From assembly GCA_037446635.1 (NCBI GenBank), contig JBBIIG010000083.1, positions 1 through 16,861 of the forward strand: a DNA stretch of 16,861 bases, in the 5' to 3' direction. This DNA comes from a bacterium. GTDB lineage: Bacteria > Zhuqueibacterota > Zhuqueibacteria > Oceanimicrobiales > Oceanimicrobiaceae. The stretch's first letter is position 1, and each line of letters opens with the position of its first letter. This document shows, in pieces, positions 15,958 through 16,861 of the stretch. Under the pieces are notes generated by a model. The model saw only the letters and a list, made by a program, of their open reading frames with translations. It was not told the DNA's origin and made no database searches. A program made the translations under genes and the position numbers.

Positions 15958-16280
15958 ATTAACGCCGTTTCAATCTGAGCCTGCTAGTACTGATGCGGTT
16001 TGTGGTTTGCTATTCTTTTGCTCAAGAAAACCCAAACAAAATCATTCGCTCCATCGACATCACGCGCCACGATGTGTTTCCGGAAATCACTGCTAAGCCG
16101 GCGTTTCTTTATCACTGGGCGAACAGCTTGCACGTCGTCACCCGCGAGCGCGTTATTCGGAATACTCTGTTGTTCAAAGCTGGCGATGTTTTCGACGCTG
16201 AGTTGTTGGAAGAAAGTGAGCGCAAGCCGCGGTCAGTAACGCAAAGCTCCGCTTGGCGGGTTCTCAAAGCAGAGCTTTGA
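15958..16280 (+). pseudogene. Truncated remnant of an Omp85/BamA-TamA-like gene (signal peptide plus first POTRA-like domain)
   Basis: IIRSIDITRHDVF...WANSLHVVTRERVIRNTLLFKAGDVFDAELLEESERKPR resembles a first POTRA domain. After RBS GGAGGGAG (15941-15948) the expected start reads ATTAACGC, with in-frame TAA 15960-15962 preceding RRFNLSLLVLMRFVVCYSFA-QE. The resemblance stops at ~16232 and the stop codon lies inside the REP doublet. Confidence 0.68.
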
Positions 16281-16285
16281 GTTTA
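16236..16285. repeat. Inverted REP-like doublet (REPIN/BIME-like)
   Basis: GTAA-CGCAAAGC-TCC-GCTTGGCG (16236-16258), 4 nt spacer, then the inverted copy CTCAAAGC-AGA-GCTTTGAG-TTTA (16263-16285). Both match the element at 7220-7242. Confidence 0.7.
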
Positions 16286-16299
16286 GAGGCGAGGAAATT

Positions 16300-16861
16300 T
16301 TGACAGCCATTCGTTTTACTCTGATCACCCTAATTACCCTAATTGCGCTGGCGGCAGCGCAACCGCTGTTTTCGCAGGAACAAAAAGAGGACGTGCCCGA
16401 ACAACAGATTCCTGTCGAAGAACGCGACACCGGCGACAGCTTCATCGAAAACGTCGGCGAGCTGCCGGGGAAGATCGTCACCCTGCCGCTGAAGCTGCTT
16501 TTCAAAGGGGTGAGCAAAACCGCCAGCGCGGTGGATTTCAACGGCGTGGTGCTGCGCGTCACCGACGTGCTCACCAACGAAGACGGCACCCGCAAAGTGC
16601 GCCCAATCTTCACTCCAATCTCCGGCGGCGGGTTAATTTTCGTGCAACGAAATTTTCTCAAGCCCGGCATGTCGTTCCGAGCCTCGGCCAGCGGCGGCAT
16701 TCGCACGCGGGCGAACTTTTACGGCAGCCTGCGCGACCCGCGACTTTTTTCTCCGCGCTTCGGGCTGCAAATCGAAAGCTTTTACCAGCGGCTGCCGGAC
16801 GAAGATTTTTTCGGCATCGGCAACAATTCCCGTCGCGACGCCGAAACCAATTATCTGCACG
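16300..16861 (+). CDS. Probable Omp85/BamA-TamA-family outer membrane beta-barrel protein, 5' part (runs off the window; not in the ORF track)
   Basis: RBS GAGG at 16291-16294, TTG 16300, frame open to the window end: MTAIRFTLITLITLIALAAAQPLFS-QEQKEDVP...LPGKIVTLPLKLLF...SGGGLIFVQRNFLKPG...YQRLPDEDFFGIGNNSRRDAETNYLH. Signal peptide, amphipathic beta-strands and an FFGIGN motif. Confidence 0.78.
   Translation, partial: MTAIRFTLITLITLIALAAAQPLFSQEQKEDVPEQQIPVEERDTGDSFIENVGELPGKIVTLPLKLLFKGVSKTASAVDFNGVVLRVTDVLTNEDGTRKVRPIFTPISGGGLIFVQRNFLKPGMSFRASASGGIRTRANFYGSLRDPRLFSPRFGLQIESFYQRLPDEDFFGIGNNSRRDAETNYLH

Noticed and set aside
15993..16861. One frameshifted BamA gene joining the POTRA fragment and the downstream barrel
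   Set aside because: The downstream ORF has its own RBS, start and signal peptide, and the two are separated by the REP doublet.

Overview
Bacterial chromosomal window, mostly + strand and moderately high GC. The gene style (standalone T9SS-cargo-like FN3 domain with a TWGxIK tail, Bacteroidota-type duplicated ABC permease, 7-8 bp intergenic tandem repeats) suggests an FCB-group lineage such as KSB1; this is inference only. Content in order: 3' end of clpB; a membrane-anchored STAND-class P-loop NTPase with a degenerate Walker B; a ~500 bp intergenic region with a predicted promoter and nested complementary segments leading into a TPR-like hypothetical gene; a secreted hypothetical protein; a protein with a TonB-like anchor and an unrelated C-terminal domain; a CoA-binding protein; an amidohydrolase; a YtxH-like protein; a 2x[4Fe-4S] ferredoxin; a small hypothetical; trpS; adk; an AlkA-family glycosylase divergent from a small CxC-x6-HxH protein; a low-GC orphan MacB/FtsX-type permease; a secreted FN3-like protein ending TWGSIKAMFR; a POTRA-like gene remnant that ends at an inverted REP-like doublet; and the 5' part of an Omp85-like gene missed by the ORF track. 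No rRNA, tRNA, CRISPR, integrase or transposase was seen. The best leads are the structured leader at 2737-3063, the REP-like element at the pseudogene breakpoint, and three unusual protein architectures (TM-STAND, TonB-like anchor fusion, B3-like metal-motif protein).
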